Shown piece by piece: positions 9,969-20,171 of a stretch of DNA of 64,000 bases. The DNA is from Rebecca billardiae RCC1528 (Eukaryota > Protista > Haptophyta). The translations under genes and the position numbers were made by a program. The DNA lies in the NCBI GenBank assembly GCA_965240325.2, contig OZ251222.1, forward strand, positions 4,526,001-4,590,000, in the 5' to 3' direction. Under the pieces are notes generated by a model. That model saw only the letters and a program-made list of their open reading frames with translations. It had not been told where the DNA came from and did no database searches. Position 1 is the first letter of the stretch, and the number at the start of each line of letters is the position of its first letter.

Positions 9969-12642
9969 TCAGCATCGCCGGCCCATCCCTGCCGCCGGCG
10001 CCGCGCTCTCCGCCGCCGCCTCGTGATCGCTGCCGCACTCGTCGTCGTGGGCGAACGGCGGCTTGCTGAGCACGAGCCGCCTCGCCGCGCCCGAGCCGAC
10101 GCTCTTGTGGTGCAGGCCGGCGCGCCCTGCGAGCACGTGCAGCTGCTGCCGCTGGTGCGAGCTGAGCGACGGCGGCAGCGCGAGCCGCGAGAGCGACGCG
10201 TCGGCCGCGAAGCGGTCGAGAAGCGCCTGCGCGCGCAAGGGCCGCGCACGGTGCGCGGGGCGCGCGCGCACGCGCGCTCAGCACCGATGGGCCGCGCGTG
10301 CCGGGCGCGGCGCGCGAGCGCGCGCGCCTGCTCGCGCGCGCGCGCGCACCTGCACACCGCCCGCCGCGGCGAGCGCCTCTGCGCCGCTCCCGCCGCCCGC
10401 ACCCGCCTGGCCGTCGCGCGCGCCCGGCGCCTCGGCGGCGCCGAGGTCGAAGCCGCGCACGACGAGCGCGGGCGTGGTCGGCGCGCGCGACGCGCGCCTG
10501 CCGCCAGAGCCGGACGACGGGCGCGCGCGCCCGACCCTGCCGGGCGCGCTGTGCGCCACCAGAGGGCTGCCCGCTGCCTGGAGTGGCGGCGGCGGCGGCG
10601 AGGGCGCGGCGGCGGCGGCGGCGGGCGGCGGCGGCGGGCGCGAGGGCGTGGGCACCCAGTGCACGATGGCGGCGGCGGCGTGCCCGCCGGCGGTGAGCTT
10701 GGTGAGCGCGCTCCCGCGCGCGCACAGCGCCTTCACCAGCCGGGGCACGTTGCGCCGCCCGCCGCCGCCGCCGCCCAGCTGGCCTTCTTGGTTGGAGCCC
10801 CACGCGAACACGTCGCCGCGCGCGGAGAGGGCGGCGGTGAAGGTCTCGCCACACGCGACCTGCGCCATCTGCCGGCCGTGCAGCGCGCCGACGAGCTGCG
10901 GCGTGGCCGAGTTCGCCTTGTGCCCGTGCCCCAGCTGCCCCACCGTCCCCTTCCCCCACGTCCACACGGCGCCGTCCGCCGTGACCGCGCTCATGTGGCT
11001 CGAGCTCGCGGCGGCGCACACGACCCACCGGCCGCGGAGCGCGCGCACCTCCGTGGGCTCGCGCGCCTCGGCCTCGTCGCGGTCGCCGTGGCCGAGGCGG
11101 CCGAAGGCGTTGTCCGCGCCCCACGTGTACAGCCGCCCCTCGCGCGTCACGATCGCCGAGACCCCGTCGTTCGCGACCACCGCCTTGGCGGGCGTGTCGC
11201 TCGCGCCGGGCGGCAGCGCCAGCAGCCGAGGCATCAGCTCGATGCCCGGCGGGTGCGGTGTGGCAACCGAGGAGGAGGACATCTGGTCGTCGCCCAGGAC
11301 CCACACGTCCGAGCTGAAGAGCGCGGCGAGGAGCGTGTGCGTGCCGCCGCACGCGATCGAGCCTGCGCGCGCGCGGCGCCGCGCGCGCGAGCGCACGCAG
11401 GGCGGCGCGTGAGCGCGGTCGCGCCGCGCCGTCGGCGGCGGCGGTGCGCGCGCCCGGCCGGGCGCGCGCGCGCGGCGGTGCGCGCACCGATCGGCGGGAG
11501 CGACGCCACGGCGGGGGCGCTGTACGGCACGGCGCAGAGCACCGTGTCGCCCGTGCCCAGCTGCCCGCTCGAGTTGAGCCCCCACAGCACCGCCTCGTGC
11601 TCGGCGGTGAGCGTGGCGGTGTGCGCGACGCCGCACGCGACGGCCGAGAGCGTGCGGCCGACGAGCAGCTCGACGCGCCTCGGCGTCGAGACCGGCAGCG
11701 TGTCTCCGTGGCCGAGGGCGCCGTCCTCGCCCGCGCCCATCGTCCACACCTCGCCGGAGAACGTGAGGATCGCCACGTGCCGCTTGCCGAACGCCACCTC
11801 CCTGATCGAGCGCGCCGCCGTGCGCGCGAGCCACGCGCCGCGGCCGAGCGCGCGCGCGTGCGCGTGCGCGTGCGTCAGCGGCAGCGGCAGTGCGAGCGCT
11901 GTGGGCGCCGAGCGCACGCCGTTGAGCATCTGGCCCCACGTGAGCGCGCGCTGCGTGAGCATCCCTGCGCGGCGCGGCGCGCGGCACGCGCGCGCGCTCG
12001 GTCAGCCGCCGCGCCGGCGGAGCTGCCTGCGCGCTCACGCCCCCGCGCGAGCCGCGCTTCCTCGGGCCCTCGGGCCCTCGGGCCGCGCGAGCCGCGCGCC
12101 GCGCACGGCGCGCGCGGACTGCGTGCGCGCGCACGTGCGTACTGCTTGCGCCACGACGTGCGGGCGCTGGCGGGGTCGGCGGGCTGCGGCTTGTAGCAGC
12201 TGATCGGCCAGGTCTCGACGCACAGCTTGTGCCACAGCGCCTCCTCCGTCGCGCACTGCCGCCACGTCCGGCCGAGCTGCTGGCACGCGACGAGGTCGAG
12301 CGCGTCGCTCAGCTGTGCGAGGATCAGGCTCACGCACTCGGCGGGCAGGTCGGGGCAGTGCGGGCGGTGCTCGGGCTCGGCGTGCCTGCGCGCGGGCTCA
12401 GGCCCGGGCCCGCCCGGCACGCCGCTCCGCGCACCCGCGGCCGCCGGCTCCTCCTCCAGCGCGCGCGCGAGCGGCGGCTCGTCGTCGTCGTCTGAAGGCG
12501 TCGTGCCGAGCACGTCGCGCACGCGCGCATCGAGGGGCGCGTCGTCGCTGAGGTCGGGGCCGGGCCAGCTGTGCGGGAGCCCATCGATGCCGTCCTCCGA
12601 GCGGAGCCGCTCGGCGCGTCGGCTCCGCCTCCCGCGGCCCAT
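9969..12642 (-). CDS. F-box + RCC1-repeat + R3H domain protein (multi-exon; introns approx. 11965-12134, 11363-11487, 10227-10349)
   Basis: F-box LPAECVSLILAQL..LVACQQLGRTWRQ; RCC1 repeats (VACGVAHT, LWGLNSSGQLGTGD, WGSNQEGQLG); R3H SSHQRQQLHVLAGRAGLHHKSVGSG. GTGCGC/CGCAG splice sites join the frames. Confidence 0.85.
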
Positions 12643-15600
12643 GCGTCAACCGTCGGAGTGCGCGCTCAGCAAACGGAGCAGGGACGGGCAGCCATCGCGC
12701 TTTGCACAGGACGCTCATCAGCGTCATCAAGCCGGTGTGACCACTCACCGGTCACGCGCCACGGCGCCATTGCCGCGACGATTTGCCCGGCTTGGTCGAA
12801 CTTCAGGCGAGTGAGGTGCCCCGGGCACCTCAAGCGCGCGTTCGCGCAAAAGTCCGCACCGCCGATTTTTCACAGTGCGCGGCAATTTCTGGCGCGCTAT
12901 TTTCTGATTTTCCGCCGTGCGTGGCGCCGCCGCGTCGCGCGCGCTCTCGACGCGCGCGAGCTGCGCGCGCGTGGCGGCGGGTTTGGCCGCGCGGCACTGG
13001 GACGGCTGGGTCCGCACGGCCGAGGAGGCCACTCTTGCCGCGGTGGTCGCGGCGCGGGGACGTCTCCGCCGCTCGCAAACCTCCCGCGAGCGCCTCGCGC
13101 CGCCTCGCGCCGCCTTCACGCCGTCTCCGCGCGCCAACTGCACGCTCTGGACGCCTCGGCGGCAGAGACGCGCGCGGCGCGGTTGTGTGCCGCGTAGGCT
13201 GGGCCCATGCGCGTCCGCTGCCGGTGCGCCCCGACCACGCGCGCGCGCATCCCAGACCTCTCGCCTCACGCGTCGCCGCCGAGCACGGCCGTGCACCGCA
13301 GTCCGCCGTGGTGCCGCCCGCGCGGCCGAGCAAGCAGGCGGCGCGTTGTGGAGCGTGTGACGCGCGAGGCGGGAAGGCTTCCGAGCGCCCGAGCCACCGC
13401 CGACCGGCGGCGCGCACGCGATTGGCTCGAGCCATGGGCGCCGACGGCGCGCGCGCGCGCTGAGCCAGCTGAAGACTTGTGCGCCATGGCACGGCAGCCG
13501 CCAATCGCGGCGCGCGGGCGTGCTGTGCGGCAGGCGCGCTCGGTGCGGGCGCTTCGGGGCGTGGCCTCGCGAGAACGGAGCCCCTGGAAGCGCGACGCCT
13601 GTGAGCTCGCCCCGACCCGAGTGAGTGTGCGCGCATCTGTCAGCAGCACGGGGTGGCCGTCGTCATGAGCCATGGCCTGGTCACTGCCGCGCTGGGTGTC
13701 GACCAGGCACAAAGAACAAGCGAGCATGCGCACTTTTGAAGTTCTCGCATGCGTGGTGCGGCGCTGTGCGTGCACGATCATGCTGGTGCATGCGAGACCA
13801 TTCAGCAGGGCTGTGCGCGTTATTGATCTCCGTACCGGCAGAAGGCTGGCATCCCGGTGTCCAACGCTGCACCTACGCTGACACCTTGAGACGCTCTTGT
13901 CAGCCAGAACGCGCGCTTCGAGCGCCGCGTGCCCAGGTAGCACGACCCACTACTTCCTGGCTTACGTCAGCCCATGTCGGATGACCTGAGCAGCAGTTGG
14001 CGTCATCGTGCGCGGGGGCGCGCGCAAGCCGACTCTCACTCTGCCCGACGTGCGAGGGCGTCGGGCGGGGGCGTGTGCGCACGAATCGAGTGTCAGCAGC
14101 AGCGCTCGCTCGCGCTCACCGGCGAGAGACGTCTGCTCGCAAGTCGTCTGGGTCAGCAGGCTACCAGCCGTGATAGACGTTGCAGCAGATGGGTTGGAAG
14201 GCTCGACCGCACGCCGGGCACCAGGAGGGCGTGAGCGACCGGAACCGCAGCCGCGCCTGCGTCCGCGAGAGGGCTGAGCACCTGGACCTTGCGCGTCGCC
14301 CTGTCTGGGCGTTGGACCAGATGTCTGTACCCCGCCCTCAGCGTCGCGCGCGGGCTCTGAGCCTGCTGGCGTCTCAACGGCCTACTCGTCCGCGCTGTTG
14401 TCGCCATCATCGAGGGAATCACGACCGTCGGCCAGATCGTCGAGCTCGAGCGTGGCAGCCCATCGGGCCACCGTCTTCCTCGTCACCCATACCGACCATA
14501 CCGGCCTCCCGCTCGCCACCCTGAGCTATGCGCCTTCGACAGAGCTCTCGCGCGCGCACGCCATCACAAAGGCTGGCACCCCACCACCCTTCAGGGCTGC
14601 CGGGAACTTGTTGGTGAGCAGTGGGTCTGCGCAGACGCGGCTGCTCCCCGACCGTGCGCCGTGAGTGAGAGAGCTGCCGTGGCGCGCCCGCCTCGGAGTG
14701 AGCAGGCCAGCAACACTGCAGCCATAGCTCTGTGCGCTTCTCACACTGGAGGGCTACGACTTCTGACCAGTAGAGTCGCTCTCTCTGTCAATGGAAGCAC
14801 GTGGCTGGCATCGGACAGACGCTCAGATGAAACGCGTCAGGCAGCATGCGAATGCTCGCATCCGTGCGCGCAAGCGCACGCGGGCCCAGGTAGCGCCAGA
14901 AGCCATATAACTACTCTTCACGCGGCGCTGTTGCCGTGTGTCGTGGCGCGCTCAGCGCGGCAGTGACCAGGCCATGGCTCATGACGACGGCCACCCCGTG
15001 CTGCTGCGTGTGCCGATCCCTGACAGATGCGCGCACACTCACTCGGGCCGGGGCGAGCTCACAGGCGTCGCGCTTCCAGGGGCTCCGTTCTCGCGAGGCC
15101 ACGCCCCGAAGCGCCCGCACCGAGCGCGCCTGCCGCACAGCACGCCCGCGCGCCGCGATTGGCGGCTGCCGTGCCATGGCGCACAAGTCTTCAGCTGGCT
15201 CAGCGCGCGCGCGCGCCGTCGGCGCCCATGGCTCGAGCCAATCGCGTGCGCGCCGCCGGTCGGCGGTGGCTCGGGCGCTCGGAAGCCTTCCCGCCTCGCG
15301 CGTCACACGCTCCACAACGCGCCGCCTGCTTGCTCGGCCGCGCGGGCGGCACCACGGCGGACTGCGGTGCACGGCCGTGCTCGGCGGCGACGCGTGAGGC
15401 GAGAGGTCTGGGATGCGCGCGCGCGTGGTCGGGGCGCACCGGCAGCGGACGCGCATGGGCCCAGCCTACGCGGCACACAACCGCGCCGCGCGCGTCTCTG
15501 CCGCCGAGGCGTCCAGAGCGTGCAGTTGGCGCGCGGAGACGGCGTGAAGGCGGCGCGAGGCGGCGCGAGGCGCTCGCGGGAGGTTTGCGAGCGGCGGAGA

Positions 15601-15834
15601 CGTCCCCGCGCCACGACCACCGCGGCAAGGGTGGCCTCCTTGGCCGTGCGGACCCAGCCGTCCCAGTGCCGCGCGGCCAAACCCGCCGCCACGCGCGCGC
15701 AGCTCGCGCGCGTCGAGAGCGCGCGCGACGCGGCGGCGCCACGCACGGCGGAAAATCAGAAAATAGCGCGCCAGAAATTGCCGCCCACTGTGAAAAATCG
15801 GCGGTGCGGACTTTTGCGCGAACGCGCGCTTGAG

Positions 15835-17988
15835 GCTGGCGGGTTGAGACCCCGCCTTTTCTGACGAGCTCCGCGCTGGCGCGGAGCGGCGGGCGCTTTC
15901 CAGTAAAAGCGGCCGGCCGTTTCAAGCCCGCCGCACCGGAGCCAGCATGGCGCCTCGGCCCTGCTGCGCCGTCCCCGCTCCTGCCCTCGCGCTGTCGCCG
16001 CCCCCGCGAGCGCCTACGCCTCCGCCGTCCGCACTGTAACGCGTTCCGTCCCTGTCTGCGCTGTCACCTGTGCTGATGCCACCCCGATGTTGACAGCCTC
16101 ACGCCAGCTCACGCCGCATCATGTACCCTCAGTCTCACGGCACCACGGCCCGCTGCGCCGGCTTGAGCACTCCTGTGGACACACGCGCGCCGGCGAGCCG
16201 AGCGATCACGGCTCCAGTAGGCTCAGTAGATAGCCAGCACGTTGTCGCGTCAGGCTGCCATGCGAGGGCCGTGCAAACGCGCGATCGTCGTGAGTCCCGT
16301 CCGCGCCAGTGAGGCACTTGCTGCAATGATGCTCATGATGTTGCACGTCGTCGTCGAACGTCGAGAGCCCAAGCTGCACAGGCTGCTCCTCGTGTTCACG
16401 GCAGAAGCAGATAGGTGGAGCTTTGGCAGCTTCGCCTACTCCCATGCTTCAGAGTCTCAGAGTGCGTCCTGCTGTGTCACGAGGCCGTGTTCAGCTGACA
16501 GTAGCACCCGCAGCGGCAGCACGCGCAGCTGCACGAGTCACTGCAGTATAGGGGCACTGTCCCGGCGTCACTCTTCAGACTGACCAGTGTCGACGCATAA
16601 CCAAGCCGTGCCGTGTGAGCACGGTGAGTATGGCACCCATGCGGCGTAAGCGGCGTAAGCGCCGAGCACGAGGCTTCGCCCGGCCCATCCAAGCTGATGG
16701 TCTCCGACTGTCGCGCGGAGAGCGCAAGAAAGGCACCGCCTCGCGGCGGCGGCACTCGCAGATAAGCTACCTGTTCGCTGGCTCTTGCAGCAGGCCCAAC
16801 GCAGGGACGGCGGCCGAGATGTCACTTCGTAGGCCGACGTGACGACGCCCGGGACGGTGGCATCGAGCTGAGCAAGTTACAGTAGCTTCTGTTGTTGTCA
16901 CACTCACAGTCACAGCGTCCAACTCATCTTCGCGCGCGCGCCGGTAATCGGTATCGTCCTCGTCCGTCGTCGTTTAAGTCCTCGTGGCGAGGGTGCTTGT
17001 CAACGGCGGGTAGCGCGGCTGGGGTTACTATGCCGGCGTGCGGGGGAGGCGCGCCACCACCTGCTGAATGCTGCTCATCGACTTGCCCTCCGCACGCCGA
17101 GATGGGGGCACCTCAACCGACTTGACTGGCCAGATGTGCACCGCATGAGTGAGACGACAGATTGCGGCCGAGAACCAAACAAAACCAAGCCGGTTTCACA
17201 TGGGCCGTGTCAAGTATGACCCCCACCAGCCCTCCCAGCGCGTCAAAGTGTGTCCAAGTGTGTCATACGGCTGTTGTCGCCCGACCGATGTGCCCGTCGC
17301 AACCGCCAAGCCATCCCGGGTGGCAACGAACGCAATGCTTGCGCGGTGAACGCTGCGCGCATGCTACTCATCTGGCGAAAAGGCTGCCATGAGGGCTCCA
17401 CCCGGCCCATTCTAGTAGATGGGACTGGTGCACGTTGAACTGCTGAGGACACTCACCAGCTCGCCTGGCGTGCGCGGACGGCGGGGCGCAACGGGAGCGG
17501 CCAGATGCGCACAGCGTGAGTGCGATGACGGATTGCGGCCGAGAACCAAAGAGAACCAAAAAGGTGCCACATGGGCCGTGTCAAGCATGACCCCCACCAG
17601 CCCCCCCAATGCGTCAAAGTGTGTCCAAGTGTGTCATACGGCTGTTGTTGCCCGACATGTGCCCGTCGCGCCCAAAACCACCCGGGTGCAAACAAGCAGC
17701 GCGCGTGCGGTGAGCGCGGCGCGCACGCGGCGCGCACCAGGCGAGACAGCCGGCCCAGACCCATCCGGACCGCTCCGATTCGCGGCGGCGGCGCGCGCGC
17801 CATCATTGGCGCCCCCCGCGCCTCCGTGCGAGGGGCTTCGCTCGACGAGGTTCCGCTTCGTGCGCCGCTTCGCCATCGGCACGATGGCGGCCTCTGAGCC
17901 GCCGCTACTGGAAAGTGCCAGCCGCTCCGCGGCGTCGCCAGAAAATCGACGTCGCGGAGATGAAACGGCTGGGTCTCAATCAGCCAGC
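15835..17988. mobile_element. Non-autonomous DNA transposon nested in the right TIR of the foldback element, 7-bp TSD GCTTGAG
   Basis: GCTTGAG at 15828-15834 and 17989-17995. Imperfect TIRs start GCTGGC...TTGAGACCC and share CGCGGAGCGGC.GGC.CTTTCCAGTA. Removing it restores the host TIR. Confidence 0.85.
17128..17725 (+). repeat. Diverged direct repeat, two copies of about 230 bp (approx. 17128-17360 and 17500-17725)
   Basis: Shared blocks GATTGCGGCCGAGAACCAAA, CACATGGGCCGTGTCAAG and GCGTCAAAGTGTGTCCAAGTGTGTCATACGGCTGTTGT. Confidence 0.85.
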
Positions 17989-18405
17989 GCTTGAGGTGCC
18001 CGGGGCACCTCACTCGCCTGAAACTGGAGAACACCAAACAAATCACAAGCGGAGCGGAGCAAACTTTTTTTTCATCGCGCGATTTTCTTCCGGTCGATCC
18101 GCCCGCTGATGGACCCCCCCCCTGGCCCTAGCCCGCAGCGCGTGTGCGGCCCGATCCGCGCTGACGAGGGCGGCGCCCGGGCCGAACGCCCTTCGGATGA
18201 GAGTAGGGGCTCCTATTACTTATTAGTACCGTATACTCTCACTACTAGTACTAGAATAAAGTAGTAGCTACACGCGGTACTCAGCGGCGGGCCTCATAGG
18301 CAATCAGACCCATGCTCAGCGTCGCTTGCGCGCTGGAAACGATGACGCGACACGGACGCGGCGGGCGACCCGGCGGCGCCGCTGCCGCCCGCGCCTCATC
18401 ACTCA

Positions 18406-20103
18406 TCAGGAGTGAGCATCGACCCGGACCCTCCTCGCCTTCACCACAGCCCGCGCTGCGTCGCCACCTGCGTTGCCGCGCACATGCCGCTCGTCCAGGC
18501 CCAGAGCACCATCATTGACCACCCCCTCGTCAACCGAATGGATCGTGCCATCTGGCGAGCGCCACTGGACGACGCTGACTGCGACCAGCGGCGGTGGTGG
18601 GGGCAGCTGCGGCGCAGCGTCCGAAACGGCCGCAATGCGGCTGCTGCGTTTTCGCCGTCGCTTCGCGGCGCGCGTGCCCTGGTCGCCGGCACCATGCCCC
18701 AGCCTGCGCTTGGGGGCGGCGAACCGACTGCATACCATGCCGGCCACCTTGTGCGTAGCGCACCGGCTGGCACGCGCGTCGCCCGGCATGCCGAATGAAG
18801 GCTGCTTGATGCAGCCGGCGTGATCGCACTTGCGTTGCATAACGTTGACCATGCCGGCCAGCTTGTGCGTAGCGCACCGGCTGGCGCGCGCGTCGCCCGG
18901 CATGCCGAATGAAGGCACCTTGGTGCAGCCCGCGTGATCACACTTACGATTCTTCAGGTCGACCATGCCGGCCAGCTTGTGCGTAGCGCACCGGCTGGCG
19001 CGCGCGTCGCCCGGCATGCCGAATGAAGGCTGCTTGATGCAGCCGGCGTGATCGCACTTGGGGCTCCTCATCCCGACCATGCCGGCCAGCTTGTGCGTAG
19101 CGCACCGGCTGGCGCGCGCGTCGCCCGGCATGCCGAATGAAGGCTGCTTGATGCAGCCGGCGTGATCGCACTTGGGGTGCTTAACGTTGACCATGCCGGC
19201 CAGCGTGTGCGCAGAGCACCGGCTGGCGCGCGCGTCGCCCGGCATGCCGAACGAAGGCACCTTGGTGCAGCCCGCGTGATCACACTTACGATTCTTCAGG
19301 TCGACCATGCCGGCCAGCTTGTGCGGAGCGCACCGGCTGGCACGCGCGTCGCCCGGCATGCCAAATGAAGGCACCGTGGTGCAGCCGGCGTGATCACACT
19401 TGTGGCTCCTCACGTCGACCATGCCGGCCAGCTTGTGCGGAGCGCACCGGCTGGCGCGCGCGTCGCCCGGCATGCCAAATGAAGGCACCGTGGTGCAGCC
19501 GGCGTGATCACACTTGTGGCTCCTCACGTCGACCATGCCGGCCAGCTTGTGCGTAGCGCACCGGCTGGCGCGCGCGTCGCCCGGCATGCCGAATGAAGGC
19601 AACTTGGTGCAGCCCGCGTGATCACAAGTGCGGTGCATCACGTCGACCATGCCGGCCAGCTTGTGCGTAGCGCACCGGCTGGCGCGCGCGTTGCCCGGCA
19701 TCCCGAACGAAGGCCGCGTGGTGCAGCCGGTGTGATCACACTTGGGGTGCTTAACGTTGACCATGCCGGCCAGCGTGTGCGCAGCGCACCGGCTGGCGCG
19801 CGCGTCGCCCGGCATGCCGAATGAAGGCTGCTTGATGCAGCCGGCGTGATCGCACTTGGGGTGCTTAACGTTGACCATGCCGGCCAGCGTGTGCGCAGCG
19901 CACCGGCTGGCGCGCGCGTCGCCCGGCGGCGTAGCCTGGGCGGGCGCGCGTGACGACCGCCGAGGTCGAGGGCGTGGGTCGTGGGTGACCAAGCCTGAAG
20001 GGCGCGAGAGGGCCTTGGCGGCGGCGGGGACCAGGGCTGCCAGGAGTCCGGACGCCAGGCGGCTGGGTGCGTACTTTGCACTTGGCGTACCACGGCCAGC
20101 CAT
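18406..20103 (-). CDS. EsV-1-7 cysteine-rich repeat protein (10.5 x 38-aa repeats) with C-terminal NLS-like motif
   Basis: Repeat KCDHAGCxxxPSFGMPGDARASRCAxHKLAGMVxxxxx = C-X4-C-X16-C-X2-H-X12. PKRR..AAKRRRKR follows the array. True N-terminus is uncertain (acceptor-like CGCCCAG at 19936-19942). Confidence 0.88.
   Translation of the reverse strand: MAGRGTPSAKYAPSRLASGLLAALVPAAAKALSRPSGLVTHDPRPRPRRSSRAPAQATPPGDARASRCAAHTLAGMVNVKHPKCDHAGCIKQPSFGMPGDARASRCAAHTLAGMVNVKHPKCDHTGCTTRPSFGMPGNARASRCATHKLAGMVDVMHRTCDHAGCTKLPSFGMPGDARASRCATHKLAGMVDVRSHKCDHAGCTTVPSFGMPGDARASRCAPHKLAGMVDVRSHKCDHAGCTTVPSFGMPGDARASRCAPHKLAGMVDLKNRKCDHAGCTKVPSFGMPGDARASRCSAHTLAGMVNVKHPKCDHAGCIKQPSFGMPGDARASRCATHKLAGMVGMRSPKCDHAGCIKQPSFGMPGDARASRCATHKLAGMVDLKNRKCDHAGCTKVPSFGMPGDARASRCATHKLAGMVNVMQRKCDHAGCIKQPSFGMPGDARASRCATHKVAGMVCSRFAAPKRRLGHGAGDQGTRAAKRRRKRSSRIAAVSDAAPQLPPPPPLVAVSVVQWRSPDGTIHSVDEGVVNDGALGLDERHVRGNAGGDAARAVVKARRVRVDAHS
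18732..19926 (-). repeat. Coding minisatellite, 114-bp unit x about 10.5
   Basis: Near-identical units ACCATGCCGGCCAGCTTGTGCG..GCACCGGCTGGCGCGCGCGTCGCCCGGCATGCCGAATGAAGGC on the plus strand. Confidence 0.97.
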
Positions 20104-20171
20104 GCGAGAGGGGGTCGCTCGCTACGTAAGCCCCCCCGCTCCGGCCAGCATGGCTGCCTGGCCGGCGGCAA

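Larger units (their letters stand above)
12803..18021. mobile_element. Non-autonomous long-TIR (foldback-like) DNA transposon with 4-bp TSD AACT
   Basis: Left arm 12803-13694 is the near-perfect reverse complement of 14953-15834 plus 17996-18021. Termini TCAGGCGAGTGAGG..CCTCACTCGCCTGA. AACT at 12799-12802 and 18022-18025. Confidence 0.88.

Noticed and set aside
12783-15925. Paired identical ORFs on opposite strands (268, 153/181 and 147 aa)
   Set aside because: They are by-products of the long inverted repeat, Arg/Ala-rich with no domain.
18732-19926. CRISPR-like array (constant blocks with variable inserts)
   Set aside because: The unit is exactly 114 bp and in frame, the variable parts are a few codons that recur, and there are no cas genes. 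It is a coding minisatellite.
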